64,000 nucleotides of DNA from Nageia nagi (lineage: Eukaryota > Plantae > Pinophyta), in NCBI GenBank assembly GCA_050084985.1, contig JBITNC010000001.1, forward strand, positions 204,662,001 through 204,726,000, written 5' to 3'. Numbering within the stretch: the stretch's first letter is position 1; every line of letters begins with the position of its first letter. The notes beneath the pieces were generated by a model that saw only the letters and a program-made list of their open reading frames with translations, did not search any database and was not told the origin of the DNA. The position numbers and the translations under genes were made by a program. Of this stretch, positions 13,543-27,179 are shown piece by piece.

Positions 13543-13658
13543 AGGAAAATTGCTGAAATAGCCCTGACAAATGCCTAATTTACTAAAATGACCCTAACAA
13601 TTTTGTCAGGGTCATATTAGTAAATTAGACATTTGTCAAGGCTTTTCAGTAATTTCCT
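13543..13658. mobile_element. Mutator-like fold-back MITE (two TIRs head to head)
   Basis: Arms of about 56 bp starting GGAAAATTGCTGAAATAGCCC form a near-perfect hairpin. Approximate 9-bp TSD CAAATAAAA/CAACTAAAA. Confidence 0.7.
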
Positions 13659-13697
13659 CCAACTAAAACACTGACAAAAAAAAGTCATGATGATCAA

Positions 13698-14740
13698 CAT
13701 AGTTACAACTGAGCAAATTGGTTGTCAAGTAGTTGAGTTAAAACATAAATTTGGAAAAACTGCATTATGTTTTGCCCTTTCCTTATATGCCTTAACTTCT
13801 TTTCCTCTCAAAAGGGACTTATTCTCCTCTCTGTCAATTTATCTATTTCATCTTTAAAACCTTAACTAAGCATCTACTGAGTTGATTTACAATACATATG
13901 ACTCGATAAATCCTAGTCTGTTTAAAAATATTCTATATGCTCTGATTAAATCATGTCATGTAAGAATAATAGTTCGAAAAAATTAATGATCAATAATTCA
14001 TTTGATCAATCAGATAAATGATGATAGACAATATGCACAGAAAATTGATTTCAATAAAGCATTTTTTTCATTAATAATAATAACAAAACATATAGTTACA
14101 TCAAAATACACATTAAATAAATTTAATTATTGTTTAATTTTAAATTTATTATTTAATTATTCATTAAATAAACTTATTAAATTTGAATTTAAATAAATAA
14201 AAAACTAAATTTAAACTAATAAAATTTTAAAATGACATATAAAATTGATAAATATATTTAATTTAACAAATACTAAAATTAATTAAATATATTTAGTTTA
14301 ATAAATAAAATTTATTATTAAATATTTTTAAATTTAAATAAATATTTTATTTAATTCAATAAATATAAAATTTAAAATGATAAATAAATTTACTTTTATT
14401 TATATTTAATTTAATTTTAAATTAAATTAAACTTAAATTTACCATTTAAACTTAATAAGTTTATAGGCCTGTGCCAAATTATCGGCCAAAAATCAGAAAA
14501 ATCTCATATTACCGGAATTTTACCAATTTGAAATTTATCCATTTGGAGAATAATTGCCGAAATACCCAAATATTCACCAGATTACAAAACTATGAGCCAA
14601 AATAAACGCACAAAAACAGTAAAAAAGCACATATGCCTTGAGATGCAATTTTTGCCCTTTTTTGACAGGATTCTTTGAATTTATCCATTCGATGAATAAT
14701 CACCAAAGTCCCCAAATATTCACCAATTTATAAAACTATG
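13698..14740. mobile_element. Possible non-autonomous hAT-like relic with very AT-rich interior and duplicated right end
   Basis: CATAGTT at 13698 and AACTATG at about 14594 and 14740, the same TIR type as 53369-53733. The 65-bp subterminal segment is duplicated. No TSD found. Confidence 0.35.
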
Positions 14741-14880
14741 GTTAAAATACAAGTTTCTTTTAACACAATAAAGTCGAAGTGTTGGAAAATGAACCCTGTC
14801 GACTCAACTCAGCTGCACTTCAGACAATAGCTTCTGTTCGATTAGCCATATGCAACAACTGATTCAAACATTCTAAGGAG

Positions 14881-15010
14881 CTTTCATAATCACAATGTAC
14901 GTGCTGAACGCAAAACTGGATTTGGGTCTTGATCAAAACAGCTATCTTTCGTAATCACAATGTATGTTTTGAATGCTACACTGGATTTGAGTCTTGATCA
15001 AAACAGATAA
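14881..15010. repeat. Imperfect 65-bp tandem duplication
   Basis: CTTTC(A/G)TAATCACAATGTA...GTCTTGATCAAAACAG occurs twice, at 14881 and 14946. Confidence 0.75.
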
Positions 15011-15562
15011 CTAACAAAATGGACGCAAGTTCAAATTTCCAATCCAAAACTAGCTTTTGGCATTGATTACTACACCTAATGTCAAAATGCAAATCTTTCA
15101 AAATGGTTTATAAAAATCAAAGCTTTTCAAAATGATAAACAGGTTCAACCAATAGACCTCATAAACAAAGGGCACAATATAGAAGCACTGGTTGTGAGAT
15201 TCAAGAATCATAATCCAAACATGATTCAATAGCTAATTCTTGTCTAAACCTACTTCGTAGAGGTACCAGTACATAATCTAGCTGTCTATTAATTATCATC
15301 ATTTTCTTCAATGAAACACACATACTTCAAGCAACAAACACTTTACACAACACCATGCATTTGGCATAACAGGAAGTCATGAAATGAACCAGAATAGAAC
15401 TAAAGATCAATAGCATATCACCATAACCATGAGACAGAAGCCCCAAACAAGATTCTCAAATGCACAATAGATGAATAAGAGGATTACGAGTAAAACTGCA
15501 AAGTCCCTCAATAGAGGACAAGTATAAGATGACATGATAACAATAAGATAGGGTCATTACAT

Positions 15563-15731
15563 GTATGTCTCGGTTGTTGGTTGAGTTGGTCATGTGTTGA
15601 TCTTGCTGTGTCTCGAGTTCCATGTTCGATTCCCAATACGAAACATACATTCTATGTAATGGCCTATTATAGTCGTCCCATAAACCGGTTAGTCTCCTGT
15701 AGAAGTTAATTTACTTTCCCTTTACCTTTAC
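15563..15731 (+). mobile_element. tRNA-derived SINE, family A, copy 2
   Basis: Box A TGGTTGAGTTGG, box B GTTCGATTCC, acceptor-like stem GTATGTCTCG/CGAAACATAC and a TTTACC-repeat tail. Confidence 0.75.
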
Positions 15732-15870
15732 TCACACAACATGATGAACTTCATTATTTCAAATGCCAATGAGAATCAATTGTTTAATTTTTTAACCATT
15801 ACTAAAATCAAAAGATAGGCCTTGAATAAAAGCACAATACCATTAACTGAGCAAAGTACACCAAATACAA

Positions 15871-16055
15871 TACCTAGGAGCCTAGCATAGTGGTCAAAGC
15901 TACTCCCTAGGGGAGACGAATTCCTAGTATCAATCCCCCACATCTCGTAGAACTAGATGGACGTATTGTGCCAGTGTTGTTGGCTTTGTTAAAAAATTTA
16001 CCTGATGTAACTAAGGTTTAAAGAGGGGTTACCTGATTCCCTAGTATAATTTTAA
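15871..16055 (+). mobile_element. tRNA-derived SINE, family B
   Basis: Box A TAGCATAGTGG, degenerate box B GTATCAATCC and an 18-bp TSD AAAGTACACCA(A/C)ATACAA at 15853-15870 and 16056-16073. Confidence 0.75.
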
Positions 16056-16645
16056 AAAGTACACCACATACAAGGAATTACGACATTGGTCTGAAGTTAA
16101 AACACCAACTTTGTCCCACAAGGCCACCTCCACCAAAACAAAGTGTTTTGACATTCCAAAACAAACTTATATTAAAAAAAATATCACTATGAGATAAGAA
16201 ATATATTTTGTCAAAACTACAATGTGAATGTAGAACAACCTCTCTTATAACGAAACTCGCGACAAATCGGGACAATAATCATAGTAAGATCGTGTAACAT
16301 ATACAAAAATACAATGTGATAAGAGACTAAGAAAGATCACGATATAGAATGTTTAAAAGGCAAAGAACTCTTTGTGATACATATAACCCAATTGCCAATG
16401 ATAAATTATGCAAGAGTTCTGAAGAATCAAACACCATGAGACTTCCATACATTACAAAGACCAAACTAAAAGAAAATGTACTAAGAAATGATACAAGAAA
16501 GAAAAAAACAAAAGGAAATATGGTTGGCGATAAGTCTTGCAAATAGTGAATATATAATAATGAAAATCAAAATGATACAAATGATAGCTAGGAATGTCCT
16601 TAAAATAGGAACAACAACTCCTACCAAGGAATCTTCTCCAAAGAC

Positions 16646-17736
16646 CAAGGGTCCATGGGAACACTTTCCCCCTTTGGAAGAGGTGTTCCCATATTCCTCC
16701 ATTTTGGGAATGCGAAAAATGTCTCCTTGTCGTTTCCTTTTTGGGGAATGATAGAGAGACATTCCCAAGAATGTTTCCTGAGGGTGGGGAGTTGTTCCCT
16801 CTCAGTGCCCCCATTGGGAACACATGGTCGTTCTTGGGAACGGTTGGTTGTTCCCTGGCCATTCCCTAATGTGTGGGCAGCTACTAAATTTGAAAAAAAA
16901 AATCACTTCAAAATTAAAAAGTAAAGTGCAAAATTACATGGTGAATGTCTCCACCCCCTCGAACCCCCAAAGTTGTTAGAACTCAACAAGTAGACTATAA
17001 TAGTTGTACAGCTGGGAAAATTTTTGATTGAGGGCTATTGTCCCTAACCCCCGCAAAAGATACCAAGGCTAGCTCCCTTGCAACCCCCTCCAAGCCGCGG
17101 AGGAGGCTCATCAAGGGGTGCAACGTTATACACCATGCACCAAAATGCAAAAGAACATCAAAGATCTGAATATTGACTTCACCTACTAACAAAAGTGACA
17201 TTATATATGTATGCAAAGACAAACACACTTCATTTTATACTTACTCTTGACATTTCGATTTGACATATTCATTGCAAAGTCTAGCCTATGTATTTACTTA
17301 GTAGTACTATTTAGTTTTACAATTTTAGTACTATGATTTCAGACTTCAGTATTTCTGATTTGAGATTTCACATCTATCATTATTTACTAGACCAATTTAG
17401 ACTTAATGACATGATTATGTCTATAGTCTTATGATCATTGATTATGGCTGATTTTGATATTTTGGTTTATACTAGATTTCTAATTTAAGTTCTATGTTTT
17501 GTATACATGATTGAATTGATAATTATAATGTATTTGAAACAATGAAATTTCAAAAAGCTGAAAATTCCTGGAGTTTTTACTAGTATTATACTTGTGGTTT
17601 TTGGGGTGTTCCTCAAAAATAACCTCCCCTATTCCTAGGAACGGATTCCCCTTTCATTTCTAGGGCATTCCCCAAAAATGACCTCCCTTGTTCCTAGGAA
17701 CATGTTCCCCTATATACGGGGCCTTGTGGAACCTTC
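16646..17736. mobile_element. Non-autonomous hAT element (about 1.1 kb)
   Basis: TIR CAAGGGTCCA/TGGAACCTTC, 8-bp TSD CCAAAGAC/CCAAAGAT and many GTTCCC/GGGAAC subterminal repeats at both ends. Confidence 0.7.
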
Positions 17737-17859
17737 CCAAAGATGAATCCATACAACCAATTGTTCACCAATAGGAGTTAAACACATAGTCATAGTGTTA
17801 AGAAGTAGTAAGTGTTAATAAACTCAAGGTCAGTCATGAAATTGAGCTTATCATCCAAC

Positions 17860-20800
17860 ACCCTCCTTAAGGTTGACTTTGGGGAGTCAACATTCACTCT
17901 TGAATCCTCCCTTAATAGCAATTTTCCTCCATGTCTTCCACATATCAATCATCTATCTCAAGCAAACAAAGTTGACTTGTAATAATGGTTTTTTTAATAT
18001 GTCCACCAACTAACCCTTCACAACAATGTACTACACATCAATCTCTCCATTTTGCACTCTCATAAATCTAATATATATCTTAATCTCAATGTGCTTGGAC
18101 CATTGATGCAACACAAAATTCTTAGTCACGTAGAATGATAGATTGTACTTCGATTATCAATTGTAGTCAGTATGGTTCATCGTATTTGAAGCCAAGCTCC
18201 TCAAGTAGATGATGCAACCAATGAAGATGTTATCCCACTATCAAGCAACTTCAATACTCAAACCTTTGTAGAAGACTCCGACACTATAGATGGCTTCTTT
18301 CTCATCCACATAATAGCATCACCATAGGTGATCCATAAACTATAAGATTAAAATTTCAATTTAACCTTTTCTTAGGATCAATTCACACTTAAAATAATTA
18401 AGTGCTTGTAAAGGAAAATCAGGAACAAATTTGTAAACACTGAGAAGAGAAAAGCATTCACCATAGGAAGAGACAAGCAAAATTATCCTGGTTCACCCGA
18501 TGTGGGCTACGTCCAGCTCAAAAGCTCTCTACTATCAGTGGGTGGAATCACTTTACAAGGCCTCCACGGTCCTTCAAAACCTCCTCTCACATTCACAACA
18601 CACTCACAGCTCTGAAAATCACAACAAGAACTGAAAACAACTTTCCTAAAATCCTCCCTCTCCCTCACGTCTAATTGGCTCCCCTTTTATACAATTTTGG
18701 GGTCTAAAATTGGAGAGTATTACAACTAGGAAATTTAATACAAAACCTATTTTCAGATACCCATTAGCCTCCTTGATCTTCATGTCAAATTTGGGCTCAA
18801 ATGGTTGTAAAAATTTCCCCAAAATGAGCTCTAAAATCAAAATAATACGCTCACTAGATTGTTTCAGGCTTACAGAATTAAATCAGCCTAATAATAGGAC
18901 CTTAGGCGAGTTAAAATCACCATAAACCTTTGAAAACACCAAAAATACATCAAAAAATCTAAAATTGGGCGGGTGCATTGTGGTGGCGACACGTGGCGCA
19001 TGCTTAGAAGAAGTCAACCTCCTGTTGACTAGCAGTGTAGGCTCCAAACGTGGGCGGCTTGGCTAGCGATCTCCAACAGGCGGTCACACTGCATCATTCC
19101 ATGCGGGCCCCTCTTTCACCTGCCTCATCACCTCCACGCAAGCCTGGTCACGCCTCACCTCCTCCTACGTGGTCTTCATGGTGGCAAGCGGGTCCCCTCT
19201 ACAATGGCCGCCCAAAACATTTAAATATATATATATATTTTTTTATCCTTTTAATTTTTCACAAACGGAATTAATATCATATCTTCCACATACGGACTTG
19301 AATTCACGATCTGAAAGAAACGTCGGAAAGCTGAAGACAAAGCGATCACAATGAACACATTGAAATGGAGATTACTGAATGTCGAAGGGATCCAAATTTT
19401 CGATCAATAGGATTCCTATTTGATGCCAAGCTCCTCAAGTAGATAACACAACCAATGAAGATGTCCCACTATCAAGCAAATACAAGACTGAAACCTTCGT
19501 AGAGGACTTTGACAATACACACTACTTTCCATATGCAATAGGACCCACACCAAATGTGAACAAGTACCTTGAAGTAGACCTCTCATCCTTGCAACCACCA
19601 TAATCAAATCTGATTATCCGAACTATAGAATAAAAAAAACTCCGTTTAAACACGTGTTTTCCATTTAAACACGTGTTTTCCATTTAAATGCATATTTTCA
19701 AGGGTCTCGTATTTAACCTTATTTTAAAAAAACTTACCTTCTATAGTGTTTTTGGCATTTTTTCCCGTATTTTTCTATCGTTTTTACCCTTTTTTCATAT
19801 TTGACCTCGAGCCGTATTTTCAAAAAACTGTAATTTTATTCTATGATCCAAACACACAATCTCGAGGATATCCCTTAGCTACTACTCGAGTCTTATACTT
19901 CACCTCACCCTCAAAAGTATACTTGGCATTATAAAGTTACTTACACCCAATAACATTCTTACCCTTCAAGCTAGGAACTCCCAAATTGTGCTTTTCATTA
20001 AAGTATCATATTCACTCTAATAGTTCCATTTCATTCAAGAATCCCATGAGTCTGCTTAAAAGTAGAAGGATCCTCCCCTCCCTTAGCCTTAGCCATGACA
20101 GCAAATTTGAAATAATTCTTTCATCCATAAATCTTTCCCTCCTTATCTGCCAAGTTCAATAACTCCATTACAACCTCCTAAGTTTCTAAGCATGCCTAGG
20201 ATGAATTGAGATGGATATAATAACAAAATCTGAAGACCTCAAAGAAACCAAAAAGCCATAAGAATAAGTAATGTGACCATGATCACCATAACCATGCTCT
20301 TTAACATTGCCACAATCTCTACACCAAAAGTGAAGATCCATCCCATTACTATCACCATTCATACTACCATGGCGCTCATAATAAGAGGATAAAGGTGTGT
20401 GCTCAATCGACTCACCAAGAAAATATTAAGAAGTTGGAGATGAAGAAAACCCCACATCAAACCCCAACAATGAAAAAGAACCAACATAAGTAGATGAAGT
20501 CAACTTATCGAACCTCACAACGCAAAGCATATATCCTATGGATACATCAATGTACCCAACAAAAATACACTTCTTATTCTTTCGTTGTAACTTAGTTCTC
20601 CTCTCATCAAGAATGTAGACCCATGCACCACAACCAAAATAACCACCACAAGTACTCCACATTAAGCTTGACCCCACTCCAATTCTCTTCTAATGTGATG
20701 TCTCTCAATGCCCTAGTTGATGAGCACTTTACAATGTAGAAAGCACAATTAAACACCTCACTCCACAATCTCTAATCAAGATTCCTAGCATGCATCTCAC

Positions 20801-21973
20801 CATCTCAAAAAGTACGCTATTCCTCCTCTCAACTACCTCATTCTACTATGGAGTATAAGACAGCACTATGCTATTTGGCTTGCAAAAGGAATCAAATTCA
20901 TTTCTCATATAATCATCATTATCGATCCTCAAAACCTTAATGAATATTTAAACACCCAAATTTGATTTTTGATTTATTAAAAATACTAATTTAAGTATCT
21001 AAAATGATTTAATTATGCAATTTCAATAAAGCAAATTCAAATTTCAAGTAAAAGGTCGGCTAATGTGTTATTGTCTTATTTCTTTTGCAATGTTTAAAAG
21101 GAAACCTCAATTGCATTCCAAATTATTTACTCTTATTAATTATTATGATCGAGCAGCTCTCCACAGAAAAGCAATTAATTCTTTTGTGATCAAGCAATTG
21201 TTGTTCTTAGTATGAATCTGCAACTTCATAAGCTCTTCAAGATTGTCATTTTGAAGCTAAAGCATCAAGGAATTCGTTGCAAGCAGTTTGTGACAAATTG
21301 GAGAGCATTTTACACCAAAACAAAAAGTTTTAAGCTGAATTGAACAAGTGAACCTAAGATCGGGAACCCCAAAGACATCTGACAACCTCCACAACTTTCA
21401 GTTCTCCAAAATACCTCCAAAACAGGACCCACCACGGTCCTATTTTCTAAGAATCTTCAATTCTGAAAAGTGGCAGCAGGATCTGTTTTCAGTTTCTAGG
21501 GTTCCCATGACCTCAGTTTCTCCATTTTAGGTATTTCATGCATGTTTGAGCTCTTGTTTCATTTCTATTTTGGTTTTGATTACTAATCCATAAGGAGGAG
21601 TATGATCATCATCAAGGTTACTAAATAACTTTGGATGTGATTTTGGAGGGTAAAATGGCAATCCTTGAAGATGTGCAACTGCACACCACCCTATGTTTTT
21701 GCATAGAATACAAATCTACAGTTGAATTTACAAAAATTTTGCATGGTTAATCAATTTTTTTCAATTTGTGAAAAATCTTCAAGAGAGAGATCTCCCAATC
21801 TAACAATCAAAATTTGGACCGTACCTAGAAAACAGCTTTCTCTTCAATCCTACCAAACAAATTTGCAAGTGATCTTCCAAACTCATAAAATTGCAAAATT
21901 ACCTCTGATCACAAGCAAAAGGTGTTAACCTTCAATCTCATTGCAATGGAATCTACCTATAACTCTCGTACCA
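17860..21973 (-). mobile_element. Fragmented Ty1/Copia remnants (integrase, duplicated RNase H fragment, PPT, PBS-like site, internal LTR-like segment)
   Basis: On the minus strand: IKVLRID and YTP**NEVVERRNS (about 20810-20940), KKCIFVGY (ORF 20426-20677), KNFVLHQWSKHIEIK (about 18080-18123), a PPT followed by TGTTGG at 17860, and a decayed Met-PBS at about 21961-21973. Confidence 0.7.
19624..19845. mobile_element. hAT-type MITE (222 bp) inserted in the Copia remnant
   Basis: TIR TATAGAATAAAA/TTTTATTCTATG and 8-bp TSD ATCCGAAC/ATCCAAAC. Confidence 0.8.
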
Positions 21974-23731
21974 TGATGAATTATACAATAGTCTAAAATA
22001 ATGAAAAACAATGTAGAAACAGACAAAACAGTACCTTGAGTAGCAAGTGCCCATATAAAAGGACATTGTCCTTATTATAATTTAATCAAATTACTCTTCA
22101 AATATTTGATTCCTGACCCTTTCTGCCATTTATTATTTTTGAAAAATAGCTAGAGTGTGTGGGCATTCATATTATATCCCACTTCTGTTTGGTAAATCCC
22201 TTAGGCATCTGGTTTTCATGATAGGTTCTACTATATGTTGCAGATATGGACTTAAGTTGATTACTGACATGGAATGAAGTTATAAAAAAGAACATTTTCT
22301 TTTTAAATCTTGGTGGGGTGCTTGATTGTTTTGTGAAGGTAAAATTATATACAAGATAAAGGAGGAAAAAGGCTTATATCCAAGAGCATGTTTTATCACT
22401 TGCATCATGTATATAACACTGTGTGATGTCTGCTTTGTAAAAACTGGCATTTAGTGTCTCTATGGAAGTCACAAGTATGGCTAGTATTTTTTTTTTTTTT
22501 TCTTATCAAATACTGATATATGAATAAGAAGAATTACAGCATGCAGTAACCTAAAATATGGAAAACAGTGAAGCGGGAATTATGAGATTGTGGCTCTGTG
22601 AAATCCTATAGCAAGGAAACAGTTGAGAGGCTTTAATAATCATAAGCCTGTTAATCTGTGGACTGACAATCCCATACATGTCGAATGAAGATAGCGCTCA
22701 AAACATATAGGCATAGTTGAATACATTGCACAAGAAAATTAAAGTCAGAAAGAGTTGTGTGCGGAAAAATCTTCCATGTAGCACAAAGGAAGATGACAAG
22801 AATAAATGTAATGTAATAAAGGCAAAGGAAATATGACATCAGCTTATAGTTATTATGAAAATGCAGTGATTACGAAACTATTCACACCACAAAGACAATA
22901 AGAGCACTCAAGAATACTGCAAATGCACTAACAAAAAAATATGAAGCTTGGTAGATCAGCTCTTGGAGAGGAAATAAATTAGCCAGGATAAATAACATCC
23001 ATTGTAAAGTAGAAGCATTTGTAAGTCAAGAAAGAGGCAACTATAAAAGGAAAATAGAACTTCGAAATGGCAAAAAGAACTTGTTATTGAGGAAACCCAG
23101 TTATCTTGATCGTTACAATAAATTAAAATGAAAGTTTGCTCGCCAGGGACAGCAAGATTAAGCCAGAGGTATGAATATGTTCTGGCATGTGGCCACGTAA
23201 ATCCAGGAATATGACCTATGAGGAATTCAACAGCAATTTTCAGATTGAAAACCTGGATTTACGTTGTGAATAAACATACAAATTCAATTTTGGATCCATT
23301 TACAAGGGCCATCATTATACAGAAGAGTTAAATTATAGTTGATGAAGAAATAAAAAGAGACTTTGGTAGCTCAAGAGATTGGTAAATTTTTGAAACGTGA
23401 AGATTACTTTGTAATCTATTGCTTAAAGTTTCTTGTAATGGAAGCTTATAGGTGATACATATCATTTCTGTATGCTGTTTATTACTTACATTTCTGTATG
23501 AAAATGTTCAGAATCCCAACAAAGAGAAAAGATAATAAATAAAGTTAAGGATAAGAACAAAGACTACAGAATATAACATGCACAATGGAAGACAAATGGA
23601 AATGATTTCCAGCTATTTTCGTATCAAGAAAGATTGCTGAAACTTGTATGCTCGTTGTAGAGCAAGAGTAAGTTGAACAAATTGGAAATAGTCAAGGCTT
23701 GTACATAAATATATATGAAAAGCACACTTAC

Positions 23732-23931
23732 CGAGAATAAGTTTTTTGTTTCCCTGCACAATATCATTTCCAGCAACATTCACTAGGGAAAACTTCAGCT
23801 GCTTTCCAATCCTAACAACTTGGTTGCAATTTTCTACTTTTTTGAATGGCATCTTTATTGGAGGCTTGTTGGCAAGTTTCCAATTAACAATCCCAGGCGA
23901 TATCTTATCCAGCACCTCCAGCAGGACCCAG
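23732..23931 (-). CDS. FIM: Fimbrin exon (CH3)
   Basis: [66 protein letters not shown]; CAG and GTAAG boundaries; 200 nt. Confidence 0.97.
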
Positions 23932-24421
23932 CTGCAAGAACAATACAAGCATACCCAGATGAAAAGTAAACAAGCATATACTGATCATTAAAAAGAAACC
24001 TCAGAAATGGAAAGATATAATAGTATCAAAAGCAAATAGTATGTTAAACTTGACCTTTCTTATATACTACAAGAATTTGTGAACAGTGATTTGTAGAAAA
24101 CATATCAGCCATTCTTGATAAAAACTCATGAGGTGCATCCCGTATGTGGATGCCAAGCTAGTTTTGAAAACTAGAATGCGGTATTTGTATAATTAACCCA
24201 TTACTAAAAGGCTAATGCAAATCCCGTCACCGACACCCCAATCAAACACAAGGGTAATTAAGGAAATAAGAAAAAATGCAACACTGTACTATAAAGATGA
24301 ATACCTAAGGAAACATCAATCAGCAAACCATGTGATCAGATTAGCACCGCAATGCAGTTGATAAATGACATTTTAATGAGAATTAAGCATAATGAAGTTT
24401 CTTGTTCTAAAACCAACTTAC

Positions 24422-24574
24422 CCATTTCTCACATCTTCATAAGAACTGTTGATGTGTGAGTCAATACCAAGGCTGTTTATCCAAAAGCGGAAGGCTCGTT
24501 CCTCTCTTGCAACTTCATCATCTTTCAGAGTCTGGGCAATGGATGCCTTACTTGAGTCCATTGACAACCCTTTC
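24422..24574 (-). CDS. FIM: Fimbrin exon (ABD1-ABD2 linker and start of CH3)
   Basis: KGLSMDSSK...AREERAFRFWINSLGIDSHINSSYEDVRNG; CAG and GTAAG boundaries; 153 nt, phase 2 to 2. Confidence 0.95.
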
Positions 24575-27179
24575 CTGAAAAATAATCATGAAAGTACAGA
24601 AACTGTGGTGAATTTAAATTTGCCTTAGGACTTCACGCATCAGAAGGAAATAAAAGCTTGCCCATCTTAAAGAGAACTAATGGAAAGCTTCAATGAGAAT
24701 TACGAGAACAAATAGAAAGATTTAACAAAAATTCTTTTATGTTCTTTTTCATGCAAAGACCTATACAATTTGAGTCAGTTTGACCATAAGCAAATAGGGA
24801 CAAAACAAAACAATAAAAGTAACTAAGTGGCAGATAACTGGCAAGGACGCAGACCCAGTGGATACTGAGTTACAAGAGAAACAGGCAGAAAAACATCACC
24901 ACCCAGATGAATATCTTATGAACCTAATACTAAATAATCAAAATAATGATAGGCAAAACATAAAAATTAGAAGCGCAACTTACATGGTGGAAGACCAATT
25001 TCAGCATCATAAAATATAATATAAAATGTTGCCCAATAATATATACTTATTTTCACAAACCTTTGGGCTTTTGCAGATGTAATGTTTTTTGAAAGAAGTA
25101 TAGAACATTTTCTTACCTTTTCCCAACAAAAGAAAAGTGGGACAAAACAATTATGAATTATCTATTTCAGTACATGGAGAAATCTTTACCTATTTTGGTA
25201 AACTCTCAATTGAAAAGTTATAGAAAACATGGAGCTCAACGGTAAGAAATACTTCCATGCAATTTGTACTTCTCACAGTAGTCTCTATTTATTTGCACTA
25301 AGATGCAATTTAATATGAACCTGCTAAAAGAAAGTCAACATGCTCTATTGAGTATCAAATTTTGTGCATGTATTATAGCAGTAATTCCAATATGCCATCA
25401 TCTGCATCATTTAGAAGTTAAGTGGTTTTATATTTAGACAGAGCATTAAGAGTTTAGATAGAATATGTGACCTTTCGGTGAGCAAAACATCTATATGATT
25501 AGCTAAAAAGATCAATTGTGTCTACTGCCCGACAACAAAGGCAACGAAATTGGGGGCTTAAAACTCTACATAATTTACAAATTAGGGCAACTACGAGGAT
25601 CATTATAACCACCTTGGCCATGTAATATTTCATTCAGGGCCCAAGTTTCCTTTGAAAATGTAATGATATTATCCTCATTTATAGAAGTTTGGGTGTTTCC
25701 AAACAAATTAGCAGCTCATCCTTACAAAAACGTGTCCTCTACAGTATTATTAAGATGAAATTGGAGAAAAAGTTTAAGCATACAGACTGAGCACATATTG
25801 AGTGGCTCTAGATTCACCTAGAGTAAATGATCCATTTGGCTGATAAATTGGCTGGGGAACATCATCAGAATCATCTTTCATTTCAAAAGACTCCGATCAA
25901 TTGGCAATTCTACAGTTGGTAGGGAGAGATATTTGTATATTTTACCGATTTGCTCATCTTAGTGATTGCATTAAGAGTCTAGGTGGTTGAGAACATTGCT
26001 GTTATTTCACTACAAGCTTCTTCATTTTTTGGCATCTCTAGAGACTTACATCCTCCCATCAAAGAGTATATATATCCACTGTATATTCTATTTATATGGT
26101 CCTCAACACTCTAATTTCTTCTCCCCATATGGTCTTTCTATGCCCAAAGTTTCTTGCAACTTGAGGATGGGATCACCACTCATCCAAGACATATTCAACA
26201 ACATTGACCCATGGCCTTGGGATTTGTTCTACCCGCACAACACACCCCAAGATGCAGCATTTTGGGGACCCAATTTTTTCAAACGGCATCAAGCAACATT
26301 GTCTGGGCATGATCAACTTACAGCCGATATGGAGACCCAAAGCGACGAGATGATCAAACAATGCAAGAGCATGCCCGAAGTCATGAAGAGAGTTCAGCTC
26401 AGCCAATGGCCAAGTCAGGGCCCTGTTTCAAGCAACATCTCACAAGATGGAGTTGTGGATCACGACAGCAACGAGACAGTGGAGTTTTGAACGAATAGCC
26501 ATCAGGCAAAAAAGTTGTCGTTTTGGCAAGTTTGAGCAACAAAGGTGCCAAGACAACAAAAGGTGCATTTTTCGTCAAGTTTGAGCCTAGGAGTAGTGGA
26601 TACAGTTAAGATGACGAAAATGCACATTTTGGTACAAATTGAGCCCGGAAAGGGTATCTATAGCCAAAGAGTGCGTTTTTGTCAATTTTGAGCCCAGAGA
26701 GCCAAAAAATTGTCAACACAAAAAAGCGCATTTTGGTCGATTTTGAGCCCGACAATGGTCAATATAGTGAAAATGTGCATTTTTGCACAATTTGGACCCG
26801 AAAAGCTCGGGAATGACCAAAAATGCAAGTTTGGCCTCAGAGTGCTCAGAAATGCTCGGGAATACCGGAAATGATCTTTTTTCACCGTTCAAGCTCAGAA
26901 ATGTCCGAAAATAGTTGAAAAGTGTACTTAGAGCCCGGAAAGGCCGAAAATGCACCGTTAGGGCCCGTAAAAGATGGGAAAGGTCGGGAATGTGCTATAT
27001 AGCCCGAAATAAATGAGGAAAGCAAGTTTGAGCGCCCTTGAGGTCTAAAATAAAAAAATGAGCAGTTTGGCATCTGGAAAGCTTCGGGTTGAGCCCGAAA
27101 AGTGAGTTTTTTCAAAGTGCTCAGAATGAAAATCCGAGCGAGAGGTGTGGTGACAAATGATGAATTAAGGCCATTCTAC

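Noticed and set aside
15563-15660. tRNA gene
   Set aside because: Boxes A and B are present, but there is no convincing cloverleaf, and a conserved non-tRNA body and tail are shared with a second copy. It is a SINE.
25987-26490. 167-aa ORF as a gene
   Set aside because: It spans the junction at 26225 between flanking DNA and LTR-like unit 1 and has no recognisable domain.
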